Source: Terriglobia bacterium
Lineage (GTDB): Bacteria; Acidobacteriota; Terriglobia; 2-12-FULL-54-10
NCBI GenBank assembly: GCA_963666975.2
Contig: CAXVYR010000004.1
Span: 192,001 to 256,000, forward strand
Length of the DNA stretch: 64,000 bases
Direction: 5' to 3'
The position numbers and the translations under genes were made by a program. Numbering within the stretch: position 1 is the stretch's first letter; each line of letters begins with the position of its first letter. Under the pieces are notes generated by a model. It worked only from the letters and a program-made list of their open reading frames with translations. It did not search any database and was not told the DNA's origin. Positions 1-10,593 of this stretch are shown piece after piece.

Positions 1-1986
1 AATATTCAATTCCAGCAAATCCGACCCCGCGATATGGGGACGCAATACCACACGCAAGTTCTCGCCGACTTTATAGTGTTTCGACCATAGTTCAATCCAG
101 CCTTCCAGCAATTTGGGTGGAACTTCCGTTTGAATTAAATGTTGATACTGCGTGGAACCTTTGCCCATTGCCTTGGTTGTCGCCGTGCGCCCGGACGTCG
201 CCATCAGGGCCCCGTCTGCGCGAGGTCCGCCGACATAGGTTTGAGGTTCCTGATACGGTGAATCGATCAGCCGGAATTGCCGTTGCAGTCGCGCCAAAGC
301 AAGCATTCCATCTTCCAGTAAAGCGTTGGCGAATTGCTCAGAGGCCAGTCCGTCGATTTGATGACCGCCATAGGTGATGAAGTTAAAAGCGAATCCGAGC
401 TTTCCCAACTCTTCCGGGAAAGCCGCCATTTCGTCCTCGCTCATGCCTGTCGTGTCCCAGTTGAAGGAAGGGGACAAATTGTATGCCAGCATCTTTTCCG
501 GATAGACCGCATGAATCGCATCCGCATATTTTTTTGCATCAGCCAAAGCTGCCGTCTTCGTTTCCATCCACAGCATGTCCGCAAAGGGCGCCACGGCCAG
601 TGATTTTTCAATTGCGTAATCAATTCCGCCTTGCACCTGATAATATCCCTCTGGTGTTCTGGACAATTCACAATCCCAGGAAGCCTCAATCCCCATGAAC
701 CTGGCTCTATCGCGGGCCTCGGAATGTGAGACTGTCCTTGCAAAATGAAGCCATTCGTCAATGGCCGTATGATGCTGCCTTCCTTCTTCGATCTGGAATC
801 CGATCAATTCCGCTACAGCTTCTGCATAGGTCTTTAAGCCTGACTTCACTTCCCACATTTCGACAAACTTTGTGACAACGCTGTCCAATGGCTTCGTGAT
901 GCGCTCTGCCTTCCCTTCCTTTAATGCCTTGATGTTTTCATCAATGAAGGTCATCAGCCCTTCTTGCTCAAACCATTCATAGGCTTCTTCATATTCGGAA
1001 TTGGAGATTTTGTACAGCAAGTGGCCGTTCACATCCTTGATTCCCTTGTCATGGAACCTTTTGAGAATGGCAAGATAGCAATTCTTATAGCCCGGCAGGT
1101 CTGTTTTCGTCGCGCCTAATATGAAAGGATGGTCACGCTCATCGCCTCGTCCATCCAGCAGTGTCGCTGCTTCGGCATCCGTTCGGGCAACAATAATTCC
1201 AGGCACCATCATCAGATCCAGCTGAAACCGCGCGGCATTCAGCCTTTTGATTTGTTCATCCACCGGAACAAGAACCTTTCCGCCCTGATGCCCGCATTTT
1301 TTGGTGCCCGGTTTCTGATCTTCAATGTGGTATCCCGAGACTCCTGTTTCGACAAACCTGCGGATCAGGTTTCTGACATGAGATTCCCCTCCATGTCCCG
1401 TGTCCGCATCCGCGATGATCCATGGCCGGAAATCATATTTTCGTGCAGACTTCCGCTCCTGATCCGTCATCCTTGCTCGCATAAACTTTTGATTTTTGTC
1501 TGCAGCAAGGAGGGCGCGAACCAGCGTAGCGGCATCATCCGGCACTTGGCTGAGCGGGTAAGTTGCTAAATCGGGGCCTGGGTCCTCCGTAGTGGATCCC
1601 TTGGCGGAAGTCGCCCAGCCACCTAAATAGATACCTTCTATGCCCGCCCTTTTTAGCATTACAGCTTGCCCCGGCGAATAAGGTCCAAAGGTGGTAATCT
1701 GCTCGCGCTTTGAGAACAACTCCCTTAAACGATCGTAAAATTCTTCCGAGGCTTTTCTTGCTATTGGATAGTCATTCTCAATCGTCCCGCGCTGCTGCAC
1801 GACTTGTGCCGCCGAGTAAAGACGCGTTATGTCTTTGAATCGAGGCTTGCCCATCCACCTCTTCATTTCCCGCACTTCGCGTTCAAACGAAGCTATTTCG
1901 TCTTCTGCTGCAGATTTAATTTGCTTGCGAGAGATAAAATCTAACTTCCCTGCAGTCCGGGCGTCACTTTTCTTGATAGCACGCAT
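1..1986 (-). CDS. aceA: Isocitrate lyase, long ICL2-type (3' end runs off the window; absent from the ORF track)
   Basis: Hand translation from ATG at 1986 stays open to base 1. It shows [41 protein letters not shown] (catalytic KKCGH at ~1285-1300), [24 protein letters not shown] and FITYGGHQ. Adjacent to malate synthase. Confidence 0.95.
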   Translation of the reverse strand, partial: MRAIKKSDARTAGKLDFISRKQIKSAAEDEIASFEREVREMKRWMGKPRFKDITRLYSAAQVVQQRGTIENDYPIARKASEEFYDRLRELFSKREQITTFGPYSPGQAVMLKRAGIEGIYLGGWATSAKGSTTEDPGPDLATYPLSQVPDDAATLVRALLAADKNQKFMRARMTDQERKSARKYDFRPWIIADADTGHGGESHVRNLIRRFVETGVSGYHIEDQKPGTKKCGHQGGKVLVPVDEQIKRLNAARFQLDLMMVPGIIVARTDAEAATLLDGRGDERDHPFILGATKTDLPGYKNCYLAILKRFHDKGIKDVNGHLLYKISNSEYEEAYEWFEQEGLMTFIDENIKALKEGKAERITKPLDSVVTKFVEMWEVKSGLKTYAEAVAELIGFQIEEGRQHHTAIDEWLHFARTVSHSEARDRARFMGIEASWDCELSRTPEGYYQVQGGIDYAIEKSLAVAPFADMLWMETKTAALADAKKYADAIHAVYPEKMLAYNLSPSFNWDTTGMSEDEMAAFPEELGKLGFAFNFITYGGHQIDGLASEQFANALLEDGMLALARLQRQFRLIDSPYQEPQTYVGGPRADGALMATSGRTATTKAMGKGSTQYQHLIQTEVPPKLLEGWIELWSKHYKVGENLRVVLRPHIAGSDLLELNI

Positions 1987-2112
1987 GTAAACTTGAATCC
2001 TTTTCTAGGCAATTAGCAAATCATAGTTGTTCAACGCAGTAAAGTATTAGCAGCGTTATGAAATCGCATTTTTTACTTCCTGCTCCCGAGCCCTGCACGC
2101 AGCGAGCGAAAC

Positions 2113-3774
2113 CTAACTCAAATGCTCATAAGCAGGAAGCGTTAAAAATTGAACCAACTCTTTACTCGTTATGAGCTGACTGAAAATCTCGCTGGCCGAT
2201 GCATACTGGCCCGCCTCATACTGCTCCTTCCCCATGATGGAGCGTATTCTGTCCATCTCTTCCTGGAGCAAGGCACGGACCAACGCAACAGTGATCTTCC
2301 GCCCGTCGGGCAAAGCGGCCCCATGCCGAATCCATTGCCAAACCTGCGCACGGGATATCTCCGAGGTCGCCGCGTCTTCCATCAGATGGTAGAGGGGGAC
2401 ACAGCCATTGCCGCGCAACCACGCTTCCAGATATTGCACGCCCACGCTGAGATTCGTCCGAAGCCCCCCTTCTGTGATCGTCCCTGCGGGAACGCGCAAA
2501 AGGTCGGCGGCGGTCACCTGTACGTCTTCGCGCGTCACGTGAATTTGGTTCGGGCCCGGCATGGCAGCGTCAAATACCTGCGCGGCCACCGGCACCAGCC
2601 CGGGATGCGCTACCCAGGTTCCATCATGCCCGTCGCCCGCTTCGCGGTCCTTGTCGTCGATCACCTTGCCGATGGCTTGCGCATTGGCCTCCGTATCGTT
2701 CTTAATCGGTATCTGCGCGGCCATGCCGCCGATGGCATGGATCCCGCGCCGGTGGCATGTCTGGATGGAAAGCAGCGAATAGCTCCTTAGAAAATGCCTG
2801 GCCATCGTCACCTGAGCGCGGTCCGGCAGCATGAAGCGGGGATATTTGTGAAATTTCTTGATGAAGCTGAATATGTAATCCCAGCGCCCGCAATTCAGCC
2901 CGGCGGAATGCTTCCTCAATTCGTATAGGATTTCGTGCATTTCAAAGGCTGCCAGGATGGTTTCGATCAGCACGGTGGCCTTGATGGTGCCCTGCGGAAT
3001 CCCAAGTTCCTTCTGCGCCATCACAAAAACATCGTTCCACAGCCGTGCTTCCAAATGGTTTTCCAATTTGGGCAGATAAAAATACGGTCCGGCGCCCTTT
3101 TCGAGCAGCGTTCTGGCGTTGTGAAAAAAGTACAAACCAAAATCGAAAATTCCGGCAGGCGCAGGCTTCCCATCGATCAGCAGATGCTTTTCCACCAAGT
3201 GCCAGCCGCGCGGACGAACCAGCATTGTGGCCAAATTTTCCTTTAAGGAATAGGTCACGCCTTGCGGATTGACGAACTGGATCGTACGATGGACGGCGTC
3301 GCGAACATTCACCTGCCCCTGAATCGTGGACTCCCATCCTGGAGAGTGAGCATCCTCGAAATCTGCCATGTAGACTTTTGCACCGGAATTCAGGGCGTTG
3401 ATGACCATCTTCCGGTCCACCGGGCCGGTGATTTCCACGCGCCTGTCTTCCAGGTCCGGCGGAACAGCGGCAACCGTCCAGGAACCCTTGCGAAGCTCCT
3501 CGGTCTCCGGCAGAAAATCCGGCATCACGCCGGAATCAATCTCCGTCTGCCTCTCGACTCTCTTTTGCAGCAGGGATTCACGAGTCCCGGAAAAATTCCT
3601 CACCAGCTTCGCCACAAAACGCACGGCGTCCGGAGTTAGGATTTCAGCCAACTGTGCGGAGACGGCCCCCCGAACTTCGATCCCTTCCGGCTGCAAAGTG
3701 CGATTCAACTCCGCGCCCGGGCTGGCTCCGTCTTTGCTTTCCCCCCCTGGACCAGGTTTCAACTTAGCTTCCAT
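2113..3774 (-). CDS. aceB: Malate synthase A
   Basis: Motifs RRVEITGP, ADFED, VRPRGWH, YLPK, LIET, GLNCGRWDYIFS, GGMAAQIP, GHDGTWVAHP and LMEDAATSEISRAQVWQW; ~550 aa. Confidence 0.96.
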   Translation of the reverse strand: MEAKLKPGPGGESKDGASPGAELNRTLQPEGIEVRGAVSAQLAEILTPDAVRFVAKLVRNFSGTRESLLQKRVERQTEIDSGVMPDFLPETEELRKGSWTVAAVPPDLEDRRVEITGPVDRKMVINALNSGAKVYMADFEDAHSPGWESTIQGQVNVRDAVHRTIQFVNPQGVTYSLKENLATMLVRPRGWHLVEKHLLIDGKPAPAGIFDFGLYFFHNARTLLEKGAGPYFYLPKLENHLEARLWNDVFVMAQKELGIPQGTIKATVLIETILAAFEMHEILYELRKHSAGLNCGRWDYIFSFIKKFHKYPRFMLPDRAQVTMARHFLRSYSLLSIQTCHRRGIHAIGGMAAQIPIKNDTEANAQAIGKVIDDKDREAGDGHDGTWVAHPGLVPVAAQVFDAAMPGPNQIHVTREDVQVTAADLLRVPAGTITEGGLRTNLSVGVQYLEAWLRGNGCVPLYHLMEDAATSEISRAQVWQWIRHGAALPDGRKITVALVRALLQEEMDRIRSIMGKEQYEAGQYASASEIFSQLITSKELVQFLTLPAYEHLS

Positions 3775-4224
3775 GCTCTCTTCCCATCCCTTTCTTCTTC
3801 TTCGCTAAAAGTAGCTCCCCTCCCTAAAAACTTACTGTGATCCTGCCTCCCATCGCCCGACCAGAGCGGAGGGTGCGGAGGGTTAATGATAACTGCGCTT
3901 CCTTAAATTACCATGATCCCGTTGCGATAATTCCGCCAATGAAAAGTGCCCCTTCGCTGAAGTCAGTAAAGGCTGGCCGCTGCCAGTAAAAAATTCAGAT
4001 TCCCTGCTACCCCTAAGTCATTGTCCCGATTGACTATTTCCCAATAAAAATCATGTCTTTGCTATTACTTGCCGCTATTACACACTACTCAGCCATATTT
4101 GTAAAACTAATAATTGTTATATGTTTAATAAAAATAATTTATACGCAGCCGGGACCCCCTTCTCCCCTCCGGTTTGCCAAACAGGCTACTTTTAGGACCC
4201 ATGACCGGTGAGCGTGCAGTTCTA

Positions 4225-4265
4225 TTGACAGAGCCCCACCCTGGCGGTACCCTTTCCAAAGGAGG
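4225..4265 (+). promoter_or_regulatory. Putative sigma70 promoter and RBS of the 4271 gene
   Basis: TTGACA (4225-4230), 17-bp spacer, TACCCT (4248-4253); AAGGAGG just upstream of ATG 4271. Confidence 0.55.
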
Positions 4266-4270
4266 CTTTT

Positions 4271-5380
4271 ATGCTACGGTTCTCAGGAATTAGCCTGTGT
4301 TTGCTGGCACTTTTGATGGCTCCTGCGGAAGCCTGGGCTCAGGGGCAACGTGGCTTTGCCGGTGGCTCACGGGGAACGGCAAATAATCGAACTGGCTTCC
4401 AGCGCGGAGTTCGCAGCTCGGGCGGGTCGGCAAGAAGAGGAGCGGCAGGAAGAGTATCGCAAGAACGTTCCGGAGACCGAACAGGCACTCGTGCTCGCAC
4501 AACTGCCCGAGGAGCTTCCGTTTCAGCCGGAGCCGTCCGCAATCACCAGAACAACCGCCAGCACAATCGCCAAGATGTTACACGGAATCAAGGCGGCAAC
4601 CGGAATCAAGGACGTACTCCGAATCAGGCAGGCCGTGGTCGCCACTCAAGCTTTGCCTCCAGGTTGGGAAACAATGTAAGGCTGCGCGCGGTTCCCCCCG
4701 TGACAATGCATCCAAGTGTTGGGCATCCAGGTTTCGGGCATTCAGGTGTCGGGAACATTAACCGGCCCGGAGTTGCACCGAACGGCTCCCCTTCCCATAT
4801 TCCCAATATCAATCGACCAAGTGGTGGACGGACGCGTAGAGGATTTACAGCGTCTGACCTTCACAACCAAAATTCCTACAGCAATTCCTATCGCGGCTCT
4901 CAGCACCACCGCCGCGGCGGCTATTCGCGCCGGGGTTCCAATGGCTCCAGTATCGTTTTCTACTATGGCATACCCTATGCCTTGCCCTACTACGAGCCTT
5001 ATGGATATTCGACTTATAGCGTATATAGCGGGGGGGGATACTATAGCGCCCCGCCGCCTCAACCGCCGGAGCCTGCCGCTCCCGGTACGCCTGGCGACCC
5101 AGCGGATGTTCGACTGTGGCCTTGGGAGTATCAATCGTCAGAACAGCCGCCCGAACAGCCAACCAGCCAGCAACCCACCGTTGGCACGCTTACCCTGCTG
5201 GCCTTCCAGGACCACACTATTCTAGCTGTCACGGATTATTGGCTGGAGGGCGACATACTCTATTACGAAACCAGCTACGGCCTGCAGGGCTCAATCCCCT
5301 TAGACCGTCTGGATCTTCCTCTCACACAACAGTTGAACCAAGAGCGCAATATTCCGTTTGTGCTGGAGTCGCGCCGCTAG
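4271..5380 (+). CDS. Secreted hypothetical protein with Gly/Arg/Asn-rich disordered N-half, Tyr-rich and Pro-rich linkers, and a small C-terminal globular domain
   Basis: Strong RBS; signal peptide ending AEAWA|Q; low-complexity composition; ordered C-terminus LLAFQDHTILAVTDYWLEGD...LDLPLTQQLNQER. Confidence 0.75.
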   Translation: MLRFSGISLCLLALLMAPAEAWAQGQRGFAGGSRGTANNRTGFQRGVRSSGGSARRGAAGRVSQERSGDRTGTRARTTARGASVSAGAVRNHQNNRQHNRQDVTRNQGGNRNQGRTPNQAGRGRHSSFASRLGNNVRLRAVPPVTMHPSVGHPGFGHSGVGNINRPGVAPNGSPSHIPNINRPSGGRTRRGFTASDLHNQNSYSNSYRGSQHHRRGGYSRRGSNGSSIVFYYGIPYALPYYEPYGYSTYSVYSGGGYYSAPPPQPPEPAAPGTPGDPADVRLWPWEYQSSEQPPEQPTSQQPTVGTLTLLAFQDHTILAVTDYWLEGDILYYETSYGLQGSIPLDRLDLPLTQQLNQERNIPFVLESRR

Positions 5381-5455
5381 CAGGTTGTTGAAAAACACTA
5401 TTTGTCCGCTCCCTCACAGCCTGCCCTGAGCGAAGCCGAAGGGGTCGCGGCTCGG
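5377..5455. repeat. REP/MITE-like composite palindrome
   Basis: CTAGCAGGTTGTTGAAAAA end (inverse copy at ~20264-20284). Host REP CCGCTCCCTCAC..GGTCGCGGCTCGG is interrupted by GCCTGCCCTGAGCGAAGCCGAAGG. Confidence 0.65.
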
Positions 5456-5653
5456 CTTCCGGTGAACCTTGGTCTACACACAACAACAGCTCTAATAGTT
5501 TCTCAGCCTAATTGTTTGTTTATTGCTGCACCGCATGATGTGTTCCTGCGCTCAGAAGAGCATTCGCCCTTTCCGGAAACGGGATGCTTCAATCGCAGAG
5601 GAAAATAGCCGGTGAGCCTATCCGCAATTTTTCAGTTTGTAGCGCCTCCCCCA

Positions 5654-6112
5654 TTAACTTTCCGGCGCCAGGGTGTAGCACCATGCTTCCCCTTCGAGCA
5701 CAACTTCCCCGCTCTCTCGCTTTACGGTTACTTGCAGTTGCGTGACGGGTTTGCTCTCATGAATTTTCACTATCTCCGCCTCAGCCGTGATGGTGTCTCC
5801 AATGTAGACCGGCGCTGTAAATTTCCAATTCTGGCTGAGAAAGACCGTGCCCGGACCGGGCATGCGATTAGCGACCAAGGCGTGCAGCAGGCCGGTGGTT
5901 AACCCTCCCTGCACAACAAGCCGTTTGAATTTCGTTTTCTCCGCAAAGGCGGGGTCGAAATGAAGCGGGTTGTAGTCCCCTGAAATCTCTGCGTACTTCC
6001 TCACGTGTTCCTCACTCAGCGTAGCGCTGAGAGTGGCCTTCTGGCCGACATGGAGTTTCACAACAGCCTCCTCATTCACATCCTCTGGCACATCCTCTGG
6101 GAATTCGGGCAC
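5654..6112 (-). CDS. MaoC family (R)-specific enoyl-CoA hydratase/dehydratase
   Basis: Hydratase motif YAEISGDYNPLHFD, plus PGPGTVFLSQNWKFTAPVYIGDT (hotdog fold). Confidence 0.9.
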   Translation of the reverse strand: MPEFPEDVPEDVNEEAVVKLHVGQKATLSATLSEEHVRKYAEISGDYNPLHFDPAFAEKTKFKRLVVQGGLTTGLLHALVANRMPGPGTVFLSQNWKFTAPVYIGDTITAEAEIVKIHESKPVTQLQVTVKRESGEVVLEGEAWCYTLAPES

Positions 6113-6295
6113 GCGCTTTGTGACTATACTGGAATCAGCGCCGGTGCTTCAATAGGCGGCAGCGGTCCAGCGGACAGTTCGTTTTGTCCGAAAAAATTCC
6201 TTCAAAAAGCTATTTCCGTTCTGGCAGGTGGCGTATGATCTTGCAGCAAGGCAAAACCAATTCCGATGTGGAGCAACAACAGGCCAGGAGGTCAT

Positions 6296-7675
6296 ATGAA
6301 ACTCAGGAATTCTCATCTGTCATTGCTGCCGGTGATCCTTCTTTTGCTTGTCTCTTGCCAGCCGGCGCAACCACCGGGGCCCTCATCGCAGATCACGGTG
6401 ATTGAAGGAGCCACTGTGATAGACGGCGTGTCCGAAGCTCCAACCGAAGATGCGATTCTGGTGATTTCCGGCGATACAATCCAAGCCATCGGCAAGCGCG
6501 GCAGCTTCCCCATTCCCGCCGGCGCGCGCATCGTGAACGCAGCCGGAAAGGTGATCCTGCCCGGAATGTTCAGCCTCCACGGCCACGTGGGGAGAACGGA
6601 AGGCATGGAATCCAGCGAAGAGAATTTCAACCGGGAACGGGTCCAGCGCAACGCCAATGCATATCTCTACTATGGCGTGACTCATGTGCTTTCGCTCGGG
6701 CATGACCAAGAACTCATGGCAGAGTTCCTGGCCGGCCAGCGCGCAGGCACCACCGGCGGAGCACGGCTTTATACGGCCGGGCTGGGATTCGGCGCAAAGG
6801 GCGGATGGCCCCGGAACCCCTACGTCAACCGTCCCACGACCCCGGAGGAGGCTCGGGCCATGGTGCAGAAGGAAGCCGCGAAGCATCCCCGCGTCTTAAA
6901 GATTTGGGCGGATAACAGGCTCGGAGAGCTTCCCGATTTCTCCCCGGATCTCTACGGCCCCGTTATCGAAGAAGCGCGCCGGCACAATCTGCGGGTGGTG
7001 GCGCACGCCTTCTACCTGGAGGACGCCAAGGAACTCATCCGCCGCGGCGTGGTTGCTCTGGCGCACAGTATTTTGGACAAAGAAGTGGATGAGGAATTTC
7101 TGACGCTGGCGAAGGAAAACCGGATTACGCAAGTGACGACGCTTGCGGGCCATCACGTCAACCTATCCTATGCAGACGGCGCGGCGTTTCTTGACGACCC
7201 AGGGCTGCCGCTGCTGTTTCCTGCTATCGTGCTTGAAACCGCCGGCAGCAAGGAGTACCGGGAAAAGCTGGCCGGGAACCCGAACATGCCAAGATGGCGC
7301 CGGGAATATGCAATAGCGGCCAAGAACACGGCCCAGGTCGCCGCCGCCGGGATTCCCATTGCCGTGGGAACCGATTCCGGACTTCCCCTGCGGTTTCCCG
7401 GACTGTGGGAACACCGCGAGATGGAGTTATTGGTGCAAGCGGGCCTGACGCCGATGGAGGCCATTCAAGCGGCAACGGTCAATGCTGCCAGATTTTTGGG
7501 AGTGGACAGCCAATACGGAACGCTCGCGCCGGGAAAGGTGGCCGACTTCCTTGTGCTCCATGCCGACCCGCTTGCCGACATCACCAATTCGCGCAAGATA
7601 GACGCCGTTTGGATGAACGGCAAGCCCGTCAATCGCGCCGCGCTCGCCTCCGGCGGCGGCGCCCCTCCTCATTAA
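6296..7675 (+). CDS. Exported (lipoprotein) metal-dependent amidohydrolase, a distant relative of the tandem-array enzymes
   Basis: AGGAGG before ATG 6296; lipobox LLVSC; SLHGH (HxH), LKIW, VAHA, LAHS, GTDSG, GTLAPGKVADFLVL. Confidence 0.88.
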   Translation: MKLRNSHLSLLPVILLLLVSCQPAQPPGPSSQITVIEGATVIDGVSEAPTEDAILVISGDTIQAIGKRGSFPIPAGARIVNAAGKVILPGMFSLHGHVGRTEGMESSEENFNRERVQRNANAYLYYGVTHVLSLGHDQELMAEFLAGQRAGTTGGARLYTAGLGFGAKGGWPRNPYVNRPTTPEEARAMVQKEAAKHPRVLKIWADNRLGELPDFSPDLYGPVIEEARRHNLRVVAHAFYLEDAKELIRRGVVALAHSILDKEVDEEFLTLAKENRITQVTTLAGHHVNLSYADGAAFLDDPGLPLLFPAIVLETAGSKEYREKLAGNPNMPRWRREYAIAAKNTAQVAAAGIPIAVGTDSGLPLRFPGLWEHREMELLVQAGLTPMEAIQAATVNAARFLGVDSQYGTLAPGKVADFLVLHADPLADITNSRKIDAVWMNGKPVNRAALASGGGAPPH

Positions 7676-7734
7676 ACGCCCGCAGAAAGCCGCCGGGAAT
7701 TCGATCACGCGAGGTTTGTCCAGTTGGCAGACGG

Positions 7735-7814
7735 TGACCTGCCCCCCTTAAAACGGTCCAGTTGGTAAGTTAGAGTTTAGAGTTAGGACTGGACTTGGAA
7801 AGGGGGACAGGTCA
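7735..7814. mobile_element. 80-bp miniature element with IS3-family-like ends and no transposase
   Basis: Left end TGACCTGCCCCCCTT..GTCCAGT; right end reverse-complements to TGACCTGTCCCCCTTT..GTCCAGT; TG...CA termini. Confidence 0.65.
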
Positions 7815-7867
7815 ATCCGCGCCTACGCGTGTATGGGCACCTGGATGTGCGCGTCCTAAAATAAATA

Positions 7868-8588
7868 GGGGCTGTCCTAGCTAAGCAGATTGCTTAGGGA
7901 TAGGATGGCGATATGTACGAACGGCGTAGTCGGCTGAGCAAGGCGAAGCGGGATCGGTTGGTGGAGCACTTCGTTGCCGGGACGACGGCACGGGCGGCGG
8001 CTGAGCTTGTCGGGGTTCATCGGAACACGGCCGCTTCGTTCTATACACGGATTCGCACGGTGATTGCCGAGGAGACCCAGAAAGCCTCTTCGGTTTGCGG
8101 CGAAATCGAAGTGGACGAGAGTTACTTCGGTGGTCGCCGCAAGGGCAAACGCGGTCGTGGTGCTGGCGGGAAAGTCCCGGTTTTCGGGCTTTTGAAGCGT
8201 GGAGGAAGGGTCTACACGGTGATGATCCCCAATGCCCGTACGGACACGTTGATGCCGATCATGGAGCGCCTGATCCAGCCCGACAGCATCGTCTACACGG
8301 ATGGCTTTTCGAGCTACGATGCTCTGGATGTGTCGGACTTCCACCATGTTCGGATCAACCACTCGGAACGGTTCGTCGACGAACGGAACCACATCAATGG
8401 GATCGAGAACTTCTGGAACCAGGCAAAGCGGCATCTTCGGCGCTTCAACGGGGTGCCCAAACAGAGTTTTCACCTCTTCCTGAAGGAGTGCGAATGGCGC
8501 TTCAATGGCGGTAACCACCGGACACTGCTTAACCAATTGAAGACATGGATCAAATCGAGACAGAATCACCCTTAGCTATGACAGCCCC
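7868..8588 (+). mobile_element. IS1595-family insertion sequence, IS1016 group, complete (721 bp)
   Basis: 18-bp terminal inverted repeats GGGGCTGTCCTAGCTAAG / CTTAGCTATGACAGCCCC; perfect 8-bp target duplication AATAAATA (7860-7867 and 8589-8596). Confidence 0.95.
7913..8575 (+). CDS. IS1016-group DDE transposase
   Basis: SRLS..LVEHFVAGTTARAAAELVGV N-terminus; EVDESYFGG..GRGAGGKVPVFG; YTDG; HINGIENFW; FLKECEWRFN. Confidence 0.95.
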   Translation: MYERRSRLSKAKRDRLVEHFVAGTTARAAAELVGVHRNTAASFYTRIRTVIAEETQKASSVCGEIEVDESYFGGRRKGKRGRGAGGKVPVFGLLKRGGRVYTVMIPNARTDTLMPIMERLIQPDSIVYTDGFSSYDALDVSDFHHVRINHSERFVDERNHINGIENFWNQAKRHLRRFNGVPKQSFHLFLKECEWRFNGGNHRTLLNQLKTWIKSRQNHP

Positions 8589-8630
8589 AATAAATATATA
8601 TAAATTCGCAGAGGTCAGGTTGTCAAGTGA

Positions 8631-9878
8631 TCAGTCTCGGAAATTTGCTTTTAATTCTCTCTTCAGCTCATTATGAGCCAATTCCTTGCCGCCGCGGATA
8701 ACCCAGGCGGGGGGTTGCTGGAGCCGCAGGACGTGTTGAACCGTGGGAGCAGCCAGCACGTTCAGATCGGCCTGGCAACCCGGAGCCAACCCGTAGCCGG
8801 GAAGACGAAGGGCCTGCGCAGCGTTGTAGGTGACGAACCGGAACGCTGCCTGGATCTCATCGGGAAAGGTCATGTGGGCAGCGTGGCAGAGGTGTGAGGC
8901 TACCTCCTGCTGGTCGTTTCGGCCGAAGGGATAGTACGGATCGTTGACATCGTCCTGGCTGGAGAACAGGTTGATCCCCATCTGCCACATCTGCTTGATC
9001 CGGGTGATGCCGCGTCGGATCGGCTCCTGGTCGGAGCGAGCTTGTAAGGCCAGGCTGATGTGCGGGTTGGTGGATATGTTCAAGCCGGCCTCCTTGACCA
9101 GGCCCATCACCTTCTGCGCGTGGAGCTCGTCATAGGCGGCCAGGGCCTCACAGTGGCTGGCGGTGACCCGGCCCTGATATCCCTCACGAATCGTCTTCAC
9201 TGCCAGATACTCCAAGGAGCGGCTGTTCGGGTTCAAGGTGTCGTCTACCAGCATATGGATGTCCTTGTCATATCTGTTGGCAAGCTCAAAGCAAAAGTCG
9301 ATGTGCGCTTTTGCATCTTCGTCCAGGTGCTCGTGCCAGGGAAGTCCACCGACCACGTCGGCCCCCAGTCGCATGCCTTCCTCCATGAGCTCCTTGGTTC
9401 CCGGGTCTCGGATGATGGCCTCCTGGGGGAAGTCTACAGCCTCGATACGGGCGATGCCGCGCCACTTCTCCCGCAAGGCCAGGATGCCTTCCAGGGGTCG
9501 CAGTCCCCCGATGGTGTCCACATCGGCAAAGACCCGAAACACGGTGGTCCCGTTGAGCACCCCCTCCTGAACCGCTCTGCCGGCCCGCTCCACAATGTCT
9601 TCCACCGTGTAGGCACGCTTGTGCTCCCAGGTTATCTCCAAACACTCCTGGAAGCTATAGGTCCGGTTAGGACGCATGATGTCTCCCAGATTGCACTTGT
9701 CCAGGTGCACATGGCCGTTGACGTAGGTAGGCGCTACCAGTCGTCCCTCCGCTGCGATCTCCTGCAGACCCTTCTCCTCGATGCGATCGGCCAAGGCGGC
9801 GATGCGGTCCCCTTGCACGCCGATATCCCAGATGCCTTGACGGTCCAGAAGTCGTGCCCCGCGTATAACTAGATTCAT
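8631..9878 (-). CDS. Cytosine deaminase (CodA)-like metal-dependent deaminase
   Basis: NGHVHLDK, FPQE, DVVGGLP, DIHMLVDD, VTASH, SQDDVNDPYYPFG; no signal peptide. The true substrate cannot be determined from sequence. Confidence 0.85.
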   Translation of the reverse strand: MNLVIRGARLLDRQGIWDIGVQGDRIAALADRIEEKGLQEIAAEGRLVAPTYVNGHVHLDKCNLGDIMRPNRTYSFQECLEITWEHKRAYTVEDIVERAGRAVQEGVLNGTTVFRVFADVDTIGGLRPLEGILALREKWRGIARIEAVDFPQEAIIRDPGTKELMEEGMRLGADVVGGLPWHEHLDEDAKAHIDFCFELANRYDKDIHMLVDDTLNPNSRSLEYLAVKTIREGYQGRVTASHCEALAAYDELHAQKVMGLVKEAGLNISTNPHISLALQARSDQEPIRRGITRIKQMWQMGINLFSSQDDVNDPYYPFGRNDQQEVASHLCHAAHMTFPDEIQAAFRFVTYNAAQALRLPGYGLAPGCQADLNVLAAPTVQHVLRLQQPPAWVIRGGKELAHNELKRELKANFRD

Positions 9879-9965
9879 AAAACCATCTCTTCCCCTGATG
9901 AAGGCAATACTGAGGACGGCGGCGTAACGTGCTCCCGGAAGCTGGCGCTCTAGACCACTTTTAGG

Positions 9966-10169
9966 GTTTGTGTATCCCGTCAGGGCACGGCTTCAGCCGT
10001 GCCGAAACGCTCTCCAGCCAAATGCGCTTTAGCGCCTGAGGTAAGTCTTGAACTCTGATTGTTCCAGTAACTTAACCCCGACCTCAGCGGCTGAAGCCGC
10101 TGCCGTGATCCAGGTGGCGGCACGGTTAAAACCGTGCCCTGACAAGAGCGCAATATGGGATACACGAAC
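9966..10169. repeat. Nested inverted-repeat (REPIN-like) element
   Basis: Three concentric inverted-repeat pairs: GTTTGTGTATCCC/GGGATACACGAAC, TCAGGGCACGGCTTCAGCCGTGCCG/CGGCACGGTTAAAACCGTGCCCTGA, and GCTTTAGCGCCTGAGGT/ACCTCAGCGGCTGAAGC. Confidence 0.8.
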
Positions 10170-10352
10170 TGCGAAACAGGTCTATAGCATTTCTCTTCTT
10201 GGTGTATATCTGGCAGTGGTAGCCACGACGAGCGCTTTCCTCGTCGTGGGTCGTTGCGGTCAATGAAAAGCCCACGGCGAAAAAACAATTCGCCGTGGCT
10301 ACCAAAGATTAGTCAGACTACACCAACAGGTGAAACGCTATAGCCGTCACTA

Positions 10353-10593
10353 TAGCACTTTCACAGTTCGTGTATAGTCAAAGCCGCGCGCCTTTCGGCA
10401 AGCTCCCTTCGGCTGCGCTCAGGGCAGGCAGGGCAGGCTCTCAGCAAGCGGTCTCCGAACGTTGGACGATTCAGCAGTTTGGGGGGGGACGCTCTCTGAC
10501 CCCTCGACTCTTCCCTCGGTTTCGCTCGGGACAAGGCTCGGGGCAGGCTCTCGCGGCTCAGATACTCTCTAAAACAACTGTAGAACCGGCTTA
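10353..10593. repeat. MITE/REPIN-like element, copy 1 (homologous to 16657-16866)
   Basis: Shares the CACTTTCACAGTTCG start, the AGCCGCGCGC..CAAGCG arm and an identical 64-bp block (10496-10559 = 16753-16816) with copy 2. Confidence 0.85.

Noticed and set aside
117-1569. Short track ORFs in the first 1.6 kb
   Set aside because: They are shadows of the minus-strand aceA, which the track missed because it has no stop within the window.
6221-6245. Possible sigma54 promoters (also near 35853 and 38912)
   Set aside because: GG-to-GC spacing is not the required 10 nt.
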